Origin: Candidatus Bathyarchaeota archaeon
GTDB lineage: Archaea; Thermoproteota; Bathyarchaeia; Bathyarchaeales; DTEX01
Assembly: GCA_003601725.1 (NCBI GenBank)
Contig: PIYJ01000001.1
Coordinates: 1-32,050, forward strand
Reading direction: 5' to 3'
DNA: 32,050 bases
Shown: piece after piece, positions 1-8,659 of the stretch
Layout: the number at the start of each line of letters is the position of its first letter
Numbering within the stretch: the first letter of the stretch is position 1
Made by a program: the position numbers and the translations under genes
The notes under the pieces: model-generated
Seen by the model: only the letters and a program-made list of their open reading frames with translations
Told to the model about the DNA's origin: nothing
Database searches by the model: none

Positions 1-819
1 GGATAATCCTTCATAAGCAATCGCAGAGCCGATCTGCACGGCTGAGGCTCCAGCCAACATCAATTCAACGGCGTCTCTCCAAGTTCGCACTCCACCGCAG
101 CCGATTATAGGCACATCAACGGCTTCATAGATCTCATAGACGCATCTCATAGCGATTGGTTTTATTGCGCCTCCTGAAAGCCCGCCTATTTTATTTGCAA
201 GTATCGGCCTGCAAGTCTCAACATCTATCGCCATGGCTCGAACAGTATTTATCGCTGTGATCGCATCTGCACCGGACGAGGCTGCCGCTACGGCTATCTC
301 CTTTATGTCTGCAACGTTGGGGGTTAACTTCGCAAATATAGGCCGGTCCACCGACTCTTTCACTTTCTCAACAACAAGACTGACCATTTCGGGGCTTCGC
401 CCAATCTCAGCTCCAGCTCCCTTAACATGCGGGCATGAAAGGTTCAGCTCAACAGCATCCGCGCCAGCTTCAACAGCCATCACCGCTACTTCCACGTACT
501 CTTCAGGGGAAAAACCATAAACGCTAACTATGAGGGGGATTTCCAAGCTACGCATCTCTCGGATCTCTTTAACGAACGCTCGTATTCCAGGATTTGGAAG
601 TCCGACCGCATTTAGTATTCCACATTCAACTTGGATGACCGTTGGATTCTTGTATCCTTCTCTGGGTGTGGGGCCGACGGATTTCGTGGTGACTGCTCCA
701 GCTCCTGCTTGAGCTATCTTCATCAAATAGTCAGCTGATGTTCCTAAAATTCCCGAAGCGAGAATGAGCGGGTTTCGAAGCCTTAAATCTGCTATTTCCG
801 TCTCTATTTGTCCCAGCAT
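1..819 (-). CDS. pyrD: Dihydroorotate dehydrogenase catalytic subunit (class 1), 5' part only; C-terminus lies off the left edge
   Basis: Absent from the ORF track because it runs off the window. The reverse complement of 1-819 is open from ATG (819-817). It reads MLGQIETEIADLRLRNPLILASGILGTS...ELNLSCPHVKGAG...AINTV...IGGLSGGAIKP...IIGCGGV, which are the class-1 DHOD signatures including the catalytic Cys loop. Confidence 0.85.
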   Translation of the reverse strand, partial: MLGQIETEIADLRLRNPLILASGILGTSADYLMKIAQAGAGAVTTKSVGPTPREGYKNPTVIQVECGILNAVGLPNPGIRAFVKEIREMRSLEIPLIVSVYGFSPEEYVEVAVMAVEAGADAVELNLSCPHVKGAGAEIGRSPEMVSLVVEKVKESVDRPIFAKLTPNVADIKEIAVAAASSGADAITAINTVRAMAIDVETCRPILANKIGGLSGGAIKPIAMRCVYEIYEAVDVPIIGCGGVRTWRDAVELMLAGASAVQIGSAIAYEGLS

Positions 820-1062
820 ATCTTTCACGAAGCCTTTTCACGCTCATTAATCGTTGCTTAAAAATGTATTCCTCTCTAAATATAGGCATACACGTTTTTG
901 ATAATAAAATATATGTATGTGCCCTCTTTTGTCCCGAGATAAGGATTGCATTTTTTAAATTTATTAAGCAAGGGCATTCTATGATGAAGAATAATTTTAT
1001 GCTATTCTCCGGATAAGAAGGAAAACGTTATTGGTGAAGCAGAGTATAATCTTTAATGCAGC

Positions 1063-2295
1063 ATGGTGAAAGGTTTGAAAGCATTCATCATTCCATCAGT
1101 CATCGGCGTTCTCGCATTCAGAGAAGACGGAGAATTAATTGGGAAGGCTCTCTTTCCGAAAGATCCAGGGGAAATAGCGAAAAGGCTTGAACGCGTAAAT
1201 CTGGGCGAGATTATCGAAGAAGTAAAATCCCTGATTGGGGAACTCAAAAGCGAGGGTTACGAAACCTTTGTGTTTGAAGATGCGGAGCTGGCGCAAAACG
1301 TTCGTGAAGAACTCAAAGTGAACTCAGAAGTAAAAGCCCAATCCAGCATCGCAGGGGATCTCCGCGAGAACCTAGGGGAATACGCTGTTAAATTGCAATT
1401 TTTAGAATCGCCCTCGGAGCTGCCCAAACTGGTTCATGAGGTTTCTATGGAATTATCTAGGATCTCCGTGAGGAAAGCCGCTGAGAGAAGGGATTCGCTG
1501 GTGGTTCAAGCCGTTGAGGCTTTAGATGATTTGGATAAGACGTTGAATCTATTTGCAGGTCGAATGCGAGAGTGGTATGGGCTTCATTTCCCTGAGCTAA
1601 ACCGTCTGATCAATAATCACGAAATATACGCGAAGCTAGTATACAACCTTGGGAAAAGAGAAAACTTCTCCGAGGAGAACCTTAGCAAGTATGACTTCCC
1701 CCGAAGAAAAGTCAGTCGAGTGGTGAAGGCGGCTCAAACTTCCATGGGAGCTGAACTGTATGACGGTGACATAGAGCAGATTCAAACGCTCTGCGCACAA
1801 TATCTGAATCTTTATGAGGCTAGGAAAAAAATCGAGAGATATCTTGAGGATATGATGGAGGAAGAAGCGCCTAACGTTTCAGCGTTGACGGGGCCAATAC
1901 TGGGAGCAAGATTAATCGCTTTGGCGGGCGGACTGGAGAATCTGGCAAAGATGCCTTCAAGCACGATACAGGTTTTAGGCGCGGAGAAGGCTCTTTTCCG
2001 GTCTTTGACGACTGGAGCTCGTCCGCCGAAGCACGGCGTTCTTTTTCAACATGCCCTCGTTCATGGAGCTAAAAGATCTTTGAGAGGAAAGATTTCTAGG
2101 GCGCTCGCTGGGAAAATAGCTATAGCTGCAAGAACAGATGTATTCAGCGGAGGTTACGTTGGAGATCAGTTGAAGAAGGCTCTTCTAGAAAAGGTAGAGG
2201 AGATCAAAAAGAAGGATTCTAAGCAAAAACCATCGAAGAAGAAAGGAGAAAAGGATAAGGCTCGCAGAAAGAGGAGGAGACGAAAATTAGTGTGA
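1063..2295 (+). CDS. nop5: Nop5 (Nop56/58) C/D box sRNP core protein
   Basis: 410-aa ORF with Nop-domain motifs (GLHFPEL, LGAEKALFR, PPKHGVLFQH) and a K/R-rich C-terminal tail. Its stop overlaps the start of the fibrillarin gene, the conserved archaeal pair. Confidence 0.95.
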   Translation: MVKGLKAFIIPSVIGVLAFREDGELIGKALFPKDPGEIAKRLERVNLGEIIEEVKSLIGELKSEGYETFVFEDAELAQNVREELKVNSEVKAQSSIAGDLRENLGEYAVKLQFLESPSELPKLVHEVSMELSRISVRKAAERRDSLVVQAVEALDDLDKTLNLFAGRMREWYGLHFPELNRLINNHEIYAKLVYNLGKRENFSEENLSKYDFPRRKVSRVVKAAQTSMGAELYDGDIEQIQTLCAQYLNLYEARKKIERYLEDMMEEEAPNVSALTGPILGARLIALAGGLENLAKMPSSTIQVLGAEKALFRSLTTGARPPKHGVLFQHALVHGAKRSLRGKISRALAGKIAIAARTDVFSGGYVGDQLKKALLEKVEEIKKKDSKQKPSKKKGEKDKARRKRRRRKLV

Positions 2296-2984
2296 AGATC
2301 ATGCCTCATCAAGAATTTCAAGGCGTCTACAGAGTGACTCTGGAAGATGGATCTGAAAGAATTGCGACAAGGAATCTTACGCCGGGAAGAAACGTTTATG
2401 GTGAGCGGCTAATACAGATTGAAGGAGAAGAGTTTAGAATCTGGGATCCCTTCCGAAGCAAGCTGGCGGCAGCCATATTGAAGGGAATGAAGCGCCTCCC
2501 GATCAAGAAGAAGAACAAGGTTCTATATCTTGGAGCTGCCTCTGGGACAACTGCAAGCCACGTGTCTGATCTGGTTGGTAAGGACGGCTATGTATATTGC
2601 ATTGAGTTTTCACCTAGGTCGATCCGCGATCTCATAGATAACGTTTGCAGATTCCGCGTGAACATGGCGCCGATAATGGCCGATGCAAGATTCCCAATGC
2701 GATATGCAGCTTTGGTGAGCAAGGTCGATGCCATATACTGCGATATCGCTCAGCCTGAGCAAGCCCGCATCTTATCTGACAATGCAAAAGTCTTCCTTAA
2801 AAAAGGAGGCTGGATTATGCTTGCGATCAAGGCGAGAAGCATAGATGTTACTAAGGAGCCGTCAGAAGTTTACCGAAGGGAGATTGATATTCTCAGAAAA
2901 GAAGGATTCAACATTGCTGAGGTTATCAATCTTGAACCTTACGAAAAGGACCATGCGATGATCACAGCGCAGTTTAAGGTATAG
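2292..2984 (+). CDS. flpA: Fibrillarin-like rRNA/tRNA 2'-O-methyltransferase
   Basis: 230-aa ORF with SAM-binding motif VLYLGAASGTTASHVSD and an overall fibrillarin pattern. The start is either GTG 2292 (overlapping the nop5 stop) or ATG 2301. Confidence 0.95.
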   Translation: MKIMPHQEFQGVYRVTLEDGSERIATRNLTPGRNVYGERLIQIEGEEFRIWDPFRSKLAAAILKGMKRLPIKKKNKVLYLGAASGTTASHVSDLVGKDGYVYCIEFSPRSIRDLIDNVCRFRVNMAPIMADARFPMRYAALVSKVDAIYCDIAQPEQARILSDNAKVFLKKGGWIMLAIKARSIDVTKEPSEVYRREIDILRKEGFNIAEVINLEPYEKDHAMITAQFKV

Positions 2985-3174
2985 TCTTCTATTTTTATGA
3001 TGATTTAGGAAAAATTTTGAATTGACGCATTAAATGTTATGTTGTTAGAAATTCTTTATGTCTTGAACGCATCAATAATTGTACCTTTCAATCTCCATTT
3101 GAAGGAAAGATGTAAAGTAAATGATATCTTTTAAATTTATTCTATTTGTATAAGCATACAATGGTGAAGAACAT

Positions 3175-3939
3175 ATGTCTGAATTAAAGATCGGAGCGCA
3201 GCTTATAATTTGGAGACGAAGAGTAGAATCGGATCTTCTAGGAGTCTTAGATGAAGTATCCTCGTTGGGGTATGAAGGAATCGAGTGTGGACCAGATGTA
3301 TTTAACGCGCTTTCTGACGCTAAGAAGGTTCTTACATCACGGGGGCTAAGCCTCGCCGGGCTACATATGGGCATCAGCTCTGTAGATAGGGAAAAAGTAG
3401 AAGGAGCAATATCTACGCTTGAAAATCTTGGGGGACGATACCTCATATTTAGCGGTGCAGGAGGAAGAGAGAATACTGATGAGAATTATTTGAAGAACTC
3501 GAAGAGACTTGAGGAGTATGGAAAACTTGCTGAGGAACATGAGATAACGGTCTGTTATCACAATCATTGGCAAGAGATTGTGAATGAGACTCGGGGAATC
3601 CGTCTAATACTTGAGAATACAGATCCAAATCATGTTTCGCTTTGCGTTGACACCTACTGGGTCAAATATGGCGGTGAAGATCCCTTGGAATTTATAGAAA
3701 AGTGTGGGAACCGCATAGTATATCTCCACTTAAAAGACGGATTAGCAGATGGAACGAGGAAGGATCCCCCAAAATTTCTCGAATTGGGACGCGGCGTCAT
3801 AGATTTTCCCGCCATACTTGAAGCCGCTCAATCGCTTAATATAGAGTGGGCTGTAGTTGAACAGGACAGAACGGATTTGACGCCGAAAGAAAGCATGGCT
3901 ATAAGCAGGAGATACTTGAAGGAAAACTTCGGAATGTAA
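3175..3939 (+). CDS. Sugar phosphate isomerase/epimerase (xylose-isomerase-like TIM barrel) family protein
   Basis: 254-aa ORF with the family pattern (YEGIE..., HNHW, YLHLKD, ELGRGVIDF, WAVVEQD). Substrate is unknown. Confidence 0.75.
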   Translation: MSELKIGAQLIIWRRRVESDLLGVLDEVSSLGYEGIECGPDVFNALSDAKKVLTSRGLSLAGLHMGISSVDREKVEGAISTLENLGGRYLIFSGAGGRENTDENYLKNSKRLEEYGKLAEEHEITVCYHNHWQEIVNETRGIRLILENTDPNHVSLCVDTYWVKYGGEDPLEFIEKCGNRIVYLHLKDGLADGTRKDPPKFLELGRGVIDFPAILEAAQSLNIEWAVVEQDRTDLTPKESMAISRRYLKENFGM

Positions 3940-3954
3940 AAAGGAAAACTTCTG

Positions 3955-3984
3955 GAAGATTTTTTATAATAATCTTCTTTTTTT
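3955..3984 (+). terminator. Hairpin plus T7 run downstream of the isomerase gene
   Basis: GAAGATT (3955-3961) pairs with AATCTTC (3971-3977) around a 9-nt loop, followed directly by TTTTTTT (3978-3984). Oligo-T is the archaeal termination signal. Confidence 0.4.
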
Positions 3985-4049
3985 ATACTGAACCGAGATT
4001 GTAACTTAATCAGTGCCCAAAATTCTAAAATCTAAAAGATTTGGGGTTG

Positions 4050-4688
4050 TCACTTCAAGAATTCTGCTTTTATTGTAATAATCTTCTGGAATACGTTTTT
4101 CCATAGATCCTTACTCATAACTGTTCTTAATGCTTCAGTGTATAATTTTATGAAAAGAGTCTCCCCATCCATCTCCGTCTCGGTCCCTTCATATTTCTTT
4201 CCAAGGATCGTCATTTGCTTAGCGATTTCCCTAGCTAGCTCGTACATCAAATCAAAATCAGCAGCGACATCGGTTTCTTCTTTCTGCGACCCATTGAATA
4301 GCTGCAGAGCGTCGAATGGTTGCCCCGCAATTTGAAATGCGCTGAAGACGCCGCGTAAGCGTTCAATGTGAAGATTGAGGAAGTCTTTTCTTAACTCTTT
4401 AGGTACTTTGTTATAATCTTCAATGAACAAGACAGCTTTAGGTTCATAATATTTCTCAAGTATGCCGTGTGAACCGGGCTTAGCCATCTTTGTCTTGATA
4501 AACTTGAATTTTCTCAGAGCAGCTATGTGATGCCCGATTGTTGATTTTGTGAGATGCATCTTCTCGGCTAACTGGGTTGCAGTTTGGGGCTTAAACGTTA
4601 GTTGACGGAGGATTTCTCTTCTCGTAGGATCGATTAGAAGCTTTATAGCTCTTGGGCTATGCACTACTTTAACAGCTTGACGAGTCAT
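4050..4688 (-). CDS. ArsR-family winged-helix transcriptional regulator with a ~130-aa C-terminal extension
   Basis: The HTH region is REILRQLTFKPQTATQLAEKMHLTKSTIGHHIAALRKFKFIK. I prefer the ATG at 4688 (MTRQAVKV...) because the longer ORF (start 4763) would leave only 32 bp for two divergent promoters. Confidence 0.7.
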   Translation of the reverse strand: MTRQAVKVVHSPRAIKLLIDPTRREILRQLTFKPQTATQLAEKMHLTKSTIGHHIAALRKFKFIKTKMAKPGSHGILEKYYEPKAVLFIEDYNKVPKELRKDFLNLHIERLRGVFSAFQIAGQPFDALQLFNGSQKEETDVAADFDLMYELAREIAKQMTILGKKYEGTETEMDGETLFIKLYTEALRTVMSKDLWKNVFQKIITIKAEFLK

Positions 4689-4795
4689 AACTTCATCACT
4701 TATCGTTGTAATATTATGGGGTTTACTGATAAAAAGTTTTATATACGTCTTATGCGTAATCATCTTATCGGTATGATACGACGTATTTAACTGAT

Positions 4796-5404
4796 ATGAT
4801 ACGTAATATTGTTGGAGAGTCGAAATTGCAATCCGATAATTGGCAGCCGTGGGATGATTACGGAATAAAATTTTATGAGAATACAGAGGAGGAGCTGACG
4901 AGACAATTAATCAAGAAAATTTTAGTTCCTGTTGATGGATCTCTAAATTCAGATCATGCCTTAGAATTCGCCATAGATCTAGCCAAAAAATACTCCGCAG
5001 AGGTCTATTTACTTTACACCATCTCATTAACCCTGATTTACTCCTTAACCTTAGGTTTATGGGAGCCCTTCTCCTCTCCCTTGCCTCCCTCATACAGAGT
5101 AGAACTGGAAGATGAAGGAGAGGAAATCTTAGCTTCAGCCTTGAACAAAGTTAAGAAGGCCGGCATAAAATCCGTCGCTTGGTTAGATTACGGACGGCCA
5201 GCTAGTAAAATAATTCAAACAGCGAAGGAGGAAAGAATAGACCTCATTGTGATGAAAGGCGAAAATCACAGCTTGATTACTAGACTCTTCTTCGGAAGCA
5301 TCAGCGACGAAGTTAGCCGTCACGCTCCATGCCCCGTCCTCATCGTGAAAAGCCGCCGAAGAAGGAACAAAACGAAAAAAGAAGGAACTTCGCATGAAAG
5401 TTAA
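4796..5404 (+). CDS. Universal stress protein (UspA family)
   Basis: KKILVPVDGS N-terminal motif and a C-terminal ATP-binding-type motif (GENHSLITRLFFGSISDEV....PVLIV). Confidence 0.85.
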   Translation: MIRNIVGESKLQSDNWQPWDDYGIKFYENTEEELTRQLIKKILVPVDGSLNSDHALEFAIDLAKKYSAEVYLLYTISLTLIYSLTLGLWEPFSSPLPPSYRVELEDEGEEILASALNKVKKAGIKSVAWLDYGRPASKIIQTAKEERIDLIVMKGENHSLITRLFFGSISDEVSRHAPCPVLIVKSRRRRNKTKKEGTSHES

Positions 5405-5546
5405 GATAAAAGACAAAATCGCATATTTAGGCCTCTTTCTCTTCGTGCTCTCAGTAATCACTGCGACTCTAAATGGAAAAACCGCAATAATCCTGCTGAT
5501 AGCTTCATTTGGAACTCTAATTTTAGGAGGAATACTCAAGAGATAA
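5394..5546 (+). CDS. Small (50 aa) predicted two-helix membrane protein, translationally coupled to the USP gene
   Basis: Below the ORF-track length cutoff. The ATG at 5394 overlaps the USP 3' end by 11 nt, with a GAAGGAA SD-like sequence upstream. The product is MKVKIKDKIAYLGLFLFVLSVITATLNGKTAIILLIASFGTLILGGILKR, two hydrophobic stretches with a basic N-terminus. Confidence 0.35.
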   Translation: MKVKIKDKIAYLGLFLFVLSVITATLNGKTAIILLIASFGTLILGGILKR

Positions 5547-5693
5547 TTCTGAAGAAAGGCCAAACTTTTTCATGCCGAAACTTCCAAAAAAATAAAAAAT
5601 GAAGGCACATTTAGGACAGCATCAAAGCAAAACGCTCATAGAGGAACAGAAGCGCTGCTTGAATAATCTCTCTTCCAACCTTAATTGGCTTGG

Positions 5694-6113
5694 CTAAGTT
5701 ATCTCAGTGCCCGTAATGCTCATCACAAGCCTTCCATGTTTTACTCCTTTGCAGCTCATAATCCTGTCTGCTAGTTCCCTTATTTCTTTAGGATACCCTT
5801 TCACGGCGAGAATCTCCATGCAGTTTCGTTCATCAATATGCATATGCATCGTTGAGATGATATTCTCTCGGCGTTCATGCTGAATCTCAAGAAGCTTTTC
5901 AACCAGTCCTCTTGATTCATGATCATAGAGAACAGTTAATGACCCCATCACTTCCCTATCTGATTTTTCCCACGCCCTGTCCACGATGAAATTCACAATC
6001 AAATCCCTAATCGCCTTGGAACGATTCTTATATGCCTTTTCTTTTATAGCCTGATCAAACTTCTCTAGAAGACTTGGACTTATCGAAATGCTGAATCTAA
6101 CCGTCTTAGCCAT
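5694..6113 (-). CDS. nikR: Nickel-responsive regulator NikR (ribbon-helix-helix plus ACT-like metal-binding domain)
   Basis: MAKTVRFSISISPSLLEKFD...NRSKAIRDLI is a CopG/RHH N-terminus, and the HxxH-containing C-domain (MHMHIDERNCMEILAVKG) follows. Start chosen at ATG 6113, preceded by GGAGGGGG; the longer ORF starts at 6137. Confidence 0.85.
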   Translation of the reverse strand: MAKTVRFSISISPSLLEKFDQAIKEKAYKNRSKAIRDLIVNFIVDRAWEKSDREVMGSLTVLYDHESRGLVEKLLEIQHERRENIISTMHMHIDERNCMEILAVKGYPKEIRELADRIMSCKGVKHGRLVMSITGTEIT

Positions 6114-6276
6114 AAATCCCCCTCCGCTTTTATTCATATTTTATTCGAAGATCGACAACACACATGATTGACTAAAGAGAGCTAACTAAATAAAAATAGA
6201 GACGTAACACTATTTAAACTATTTAAAGAAAAAATTCCCATGTAAAATAACCAAAAATATCGATCCGCAAGAAACT

Positions 6277-7572
6277 TCATTTAAGCCATGAAGGAAGCTC
6301 TTGCCCAATCAAGAGAGACTCAAAATCTTCTTTCCGCCTTATCAGCGCATACTCTCCGTCTTTGACTAAGACCTCCCCGCATCTAGGTCTCGAATTATAT
6401 TGCGAGCTCATCGAGAATCCATAAGCCCCCACGTTCAGAACAGCCAACAGATCGCCTTCACTTATCCTCGGAAGCCTTCTGTCTCTAGCTAGCAGATCAC
6501 CTGACTCACATATTGGCCCCGCCACATCGTAAACCTCTTCTTCCGCAGAGTCAAGCCTATTAGCAACGATTATCGGATGATAAGATCCATACATCGCCGG
6601 CCTAATCAAAGTGTTGAACCCAGCGTCTACACCTACGAATTTTTTGAAAGGTGTGATCTTCAAAGTATTTACACGCGTCAACAGAACACCAGCATCACAA
6701 ACAATGTAGCGACCAGGCTCAATGAAGAACCATGGCTCCCCCAGATCGTACTCACCGATCCGTCTGAGATAAAGACCTAGAACCTTCTCCGCGTAAAGAT
6801 CAAGATCCAAAGACTCCTCTTCAGGCCTGTAAGGAACGCCTAAGCCTCCCCCGAAATCAATGAAATCAAAGTCCACACCTACCTCTTCGTGAACGTGACG
6901 AGCTATCTCCAACATTTTTTCAGCAGCCAAGAGGAAAGGCTCAACCGTCAATATCCCTGAACCTATATGCATCTGTATGCCGAACTTCTTCACCCCAGCC
7001 TCTCTGGCGTATTTATATGCCTTGATGACATCGTCCTCCCAGATTCCAAACTTTGAATCCCTTCCAGCCGTGATGCAATGCTCGTGATGGCCCGCCCCAA
7101 TCTCAGGATTAACCCTCACAGAGATCATTTCAGGCAGATGGAAACTGAGAAGCCTTCTCAACTGCGAAAGAGAATCAATGTTTATTGTAACTCCGGAATC
7201 AACAAGGAACTTCAACTCGTCATCTCGGACGCTTGTTCCGGTGAATAATATTCTATCAGATGTGAAGCTTGCCCTTAATGCGAGAAACACTTCTCCCGGG
7301 CTGACAGTGTCGAGATATGCTCCTTCACTTTCAAGTATCTTCAATACAGAGAGGCTGGTATTCGCCTTAGCAGAGTAATAGATTCTAACCTTGTCATAGT
7401 GCTTCTTGAGGGCATCGTAAAGCCGACGATAATTCTCCCTGATTCTTCTCTCCGCTAAGACATATAACGGAGTGTCAAATTTTTCAGCTAGCTCAAGAGA
7501 GGAGACGCCGTCTATATAGAGCACACCGCCCCTATTTTCTAAATAACCATTCGAAAATATTTTTGAAGACAT
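6277..7572 (-). CDS. lysA: Diaminopimelate decarboxylase
   Basis: PLP fold-III decarboxylase motifs: YSAKAN (PLP lysine), GGGLGVPY, GPICESGD. ATG 7572 has a GGGAAGG SD; the longer ORF begins at TTG 7590. Confidence 0.9.
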   Translation of the reverse strand: MSSKIFSNGYLENRGGVLYIDGVSSLELAEKFDTPLYVLAERRIRENYRRLYDALKKHYDKVRIYYSAKANTSLSVLKILESEGAYLDTVSPGEVFLALRASFTSDRILFTGTSVRDDELKFLVDSGVTINIDSLSQLRRLLSFHLPEMISVRVNPEIGAGHHEHCITAGRDSKFGIWEDDVIKAYKYAREAGVKKFGIQMHIGSGILTVEPFLLAAEKMLEIARHVHEEVGVDFDFIDFGGGLGVPYRPEEESLDLDLYAEKVLGLYLRRIGEYDLGEPWFFIEPGRYIVCDAGVLLTRVNTLKITPFKKFVGVDAGFNTLIRPAMYGSYHPIIVANRLDSAEEEVYDVAGPICESGDLLARDRRLPRISEGDLLAVLNVGAYGFSMSSQYNSRPRCGEVLVKDGEYALIRRKEDFESLLIGQELPSWLK

Positions 7573-7606
7573 AAAATACCTTCCCGGCAATTTGAATAAA
7601 AAATGT

Positions 7607-8659
7607 CTAGAGAAGCCCCTTCTTAACCATAAGCTCAGCGCTCAGTATCCCTGCGCCCGCGGCGCCCCTTATGGTGTTATGTCCCAAGCAGAGATACTTA
7701 ACGGTCATTATGGGGTCTTCTCGGATACGTCCAACCACGACGCTCATGCCTTTCCCCGCATCTCTGTCGAAGCGGGGCTGAGGCCTGTCGATCTCCTCTT
7801 TCACGATGATCGGTCTCTCCGGAGCTGTCGGCAGCTTAAGCCTCTGCGGCTCTCCAACGAAGTTTCTGAAGGCTTCTTTAACCTCTTCAATTGTAGGTTT
7901 CTGCTCAAGCCCAACATATACCGCTTCTAGATGGCCATCCTTCACGTTAACACGGTGGCAGCTGGCACTTATCGTAATATTCGCTGGTTGAATCTCTTCA
8001 CCATAGAAGGTTCCGAGAATCTTTCTGGTCTCATTCTCCATCTTTTCCTCTTCGCCGGATATGTAAGGAACCACATTGTCGATTATGTCAAGAGAGGGAA
8101 CCCCGGGGTATCCAGCTCCGCTAAGCGCCTGCATCGTAGAGACAATCACGTTTTCCACACCGAACTTCATGAGAGCCTTCAAGGTGATGGCGAGCTGAAT
8201 TGTGCTGCAGTTTGGATCTGTGGAGATGAACCCGTTCCAGCCGCGGTTCTTCTTCTGAACTGAGATTAGCTGCAGGTGGTCGGGATTAACTTCGGGTATT
8301 ATGAGCGGTACGTCGCTTTTCATTCTATGTGCGCTTGCTTTGCTGACAACTGGATACTCAACAGCAAACTCCTCTTCAATTGGACCCGCTATACTTCCGG
8401 GTAAAGCTGAAAATACGAAGTCTACGTTGCCAGCCTGCTTGACTTCTTTTAGATTCGTATTCACAACTGTCATGTCCTCAACTGCTTCAGGCATCGGGGT
8501 TTCCATTCGCCATTTGCATGCTTCTTTATACTTCTTTCCAGCTGAGCGTTCAGAAGCGGCGAGAACAGAAATCTCGAACCATGGGTGTCCCTGAAGCAAT
8601 TCGATGAATCTCTGTCCTACGGTTCCTGTTGCTCCTAAAATTGCTACTTCACGTTTCAA
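7607..8659 (-). CDS. asd: Aspartate-semialdehyde dehydrogenase
   Basis: ILGATGTVGQ NAD(P) motif and active-site region DPNCSTIQL. TTG start with a GAGGGA SD; overlaps the lysC stop by 11 nt. Confidence 0.92.
   Translation of the reverse strand: MKREVAILGATGTVGQRFIELLQGHPWFEISVLAASERSAGKKYKEACKWRMETPMPEAVEDMTVVNTNLKEVKQAGNVDFVFSALPGSIAGPIEEEFAVEYPVVSKASAHRMKSDVPLIIPEVNPDHLQLISVQKKNRGWNGFISTDPNCSTIQLAITLKALMKFGVENVIVSTMQALSGAGYPGVPSLDIIDNVVPYISGEEEKMENETRKILGTFYGEEIQPANITISASCHRVNVKDGHLEAVYVGLEQKPTIEEVKEAFRNFVGEPQRLKLPTAPERPIIVKEEIDRPQPRFDRDAGKGMSVVVGRIREDPIMTVKYLCLGHNTIRGAAGAGILSAELMVKKGLL

Noticed and set aside
233-712. Plus-strand ORFs 233-520 and 530-712 from the ORF track
   Set aside because: They lie antisense to the strongly supported pyrD reading frame. 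Their products are low-complexity (A/S/T-rich) and show no motifs, so they are shadow ORFs.
981-987. C-box-like ATGATGA upstream of nop5, and a second ATGATGA at 2997-3003 just after the fibrillarin stop; tested as possible C/D box sRNA genes flanking the sRNP protein genes
   Set aside because: I could find no properly spaced D' / C' / D (CTGA) boxes or terminal stem within 50-70 nt of either. ATGATGA is expected by chance in AT-rich intergenic DNA.
5183-5563. 126-aa minus-strand ORF
   Set aside because: It is antisense to the USP 3' half and the micro-ORF, and has no motifs or plausible start context.
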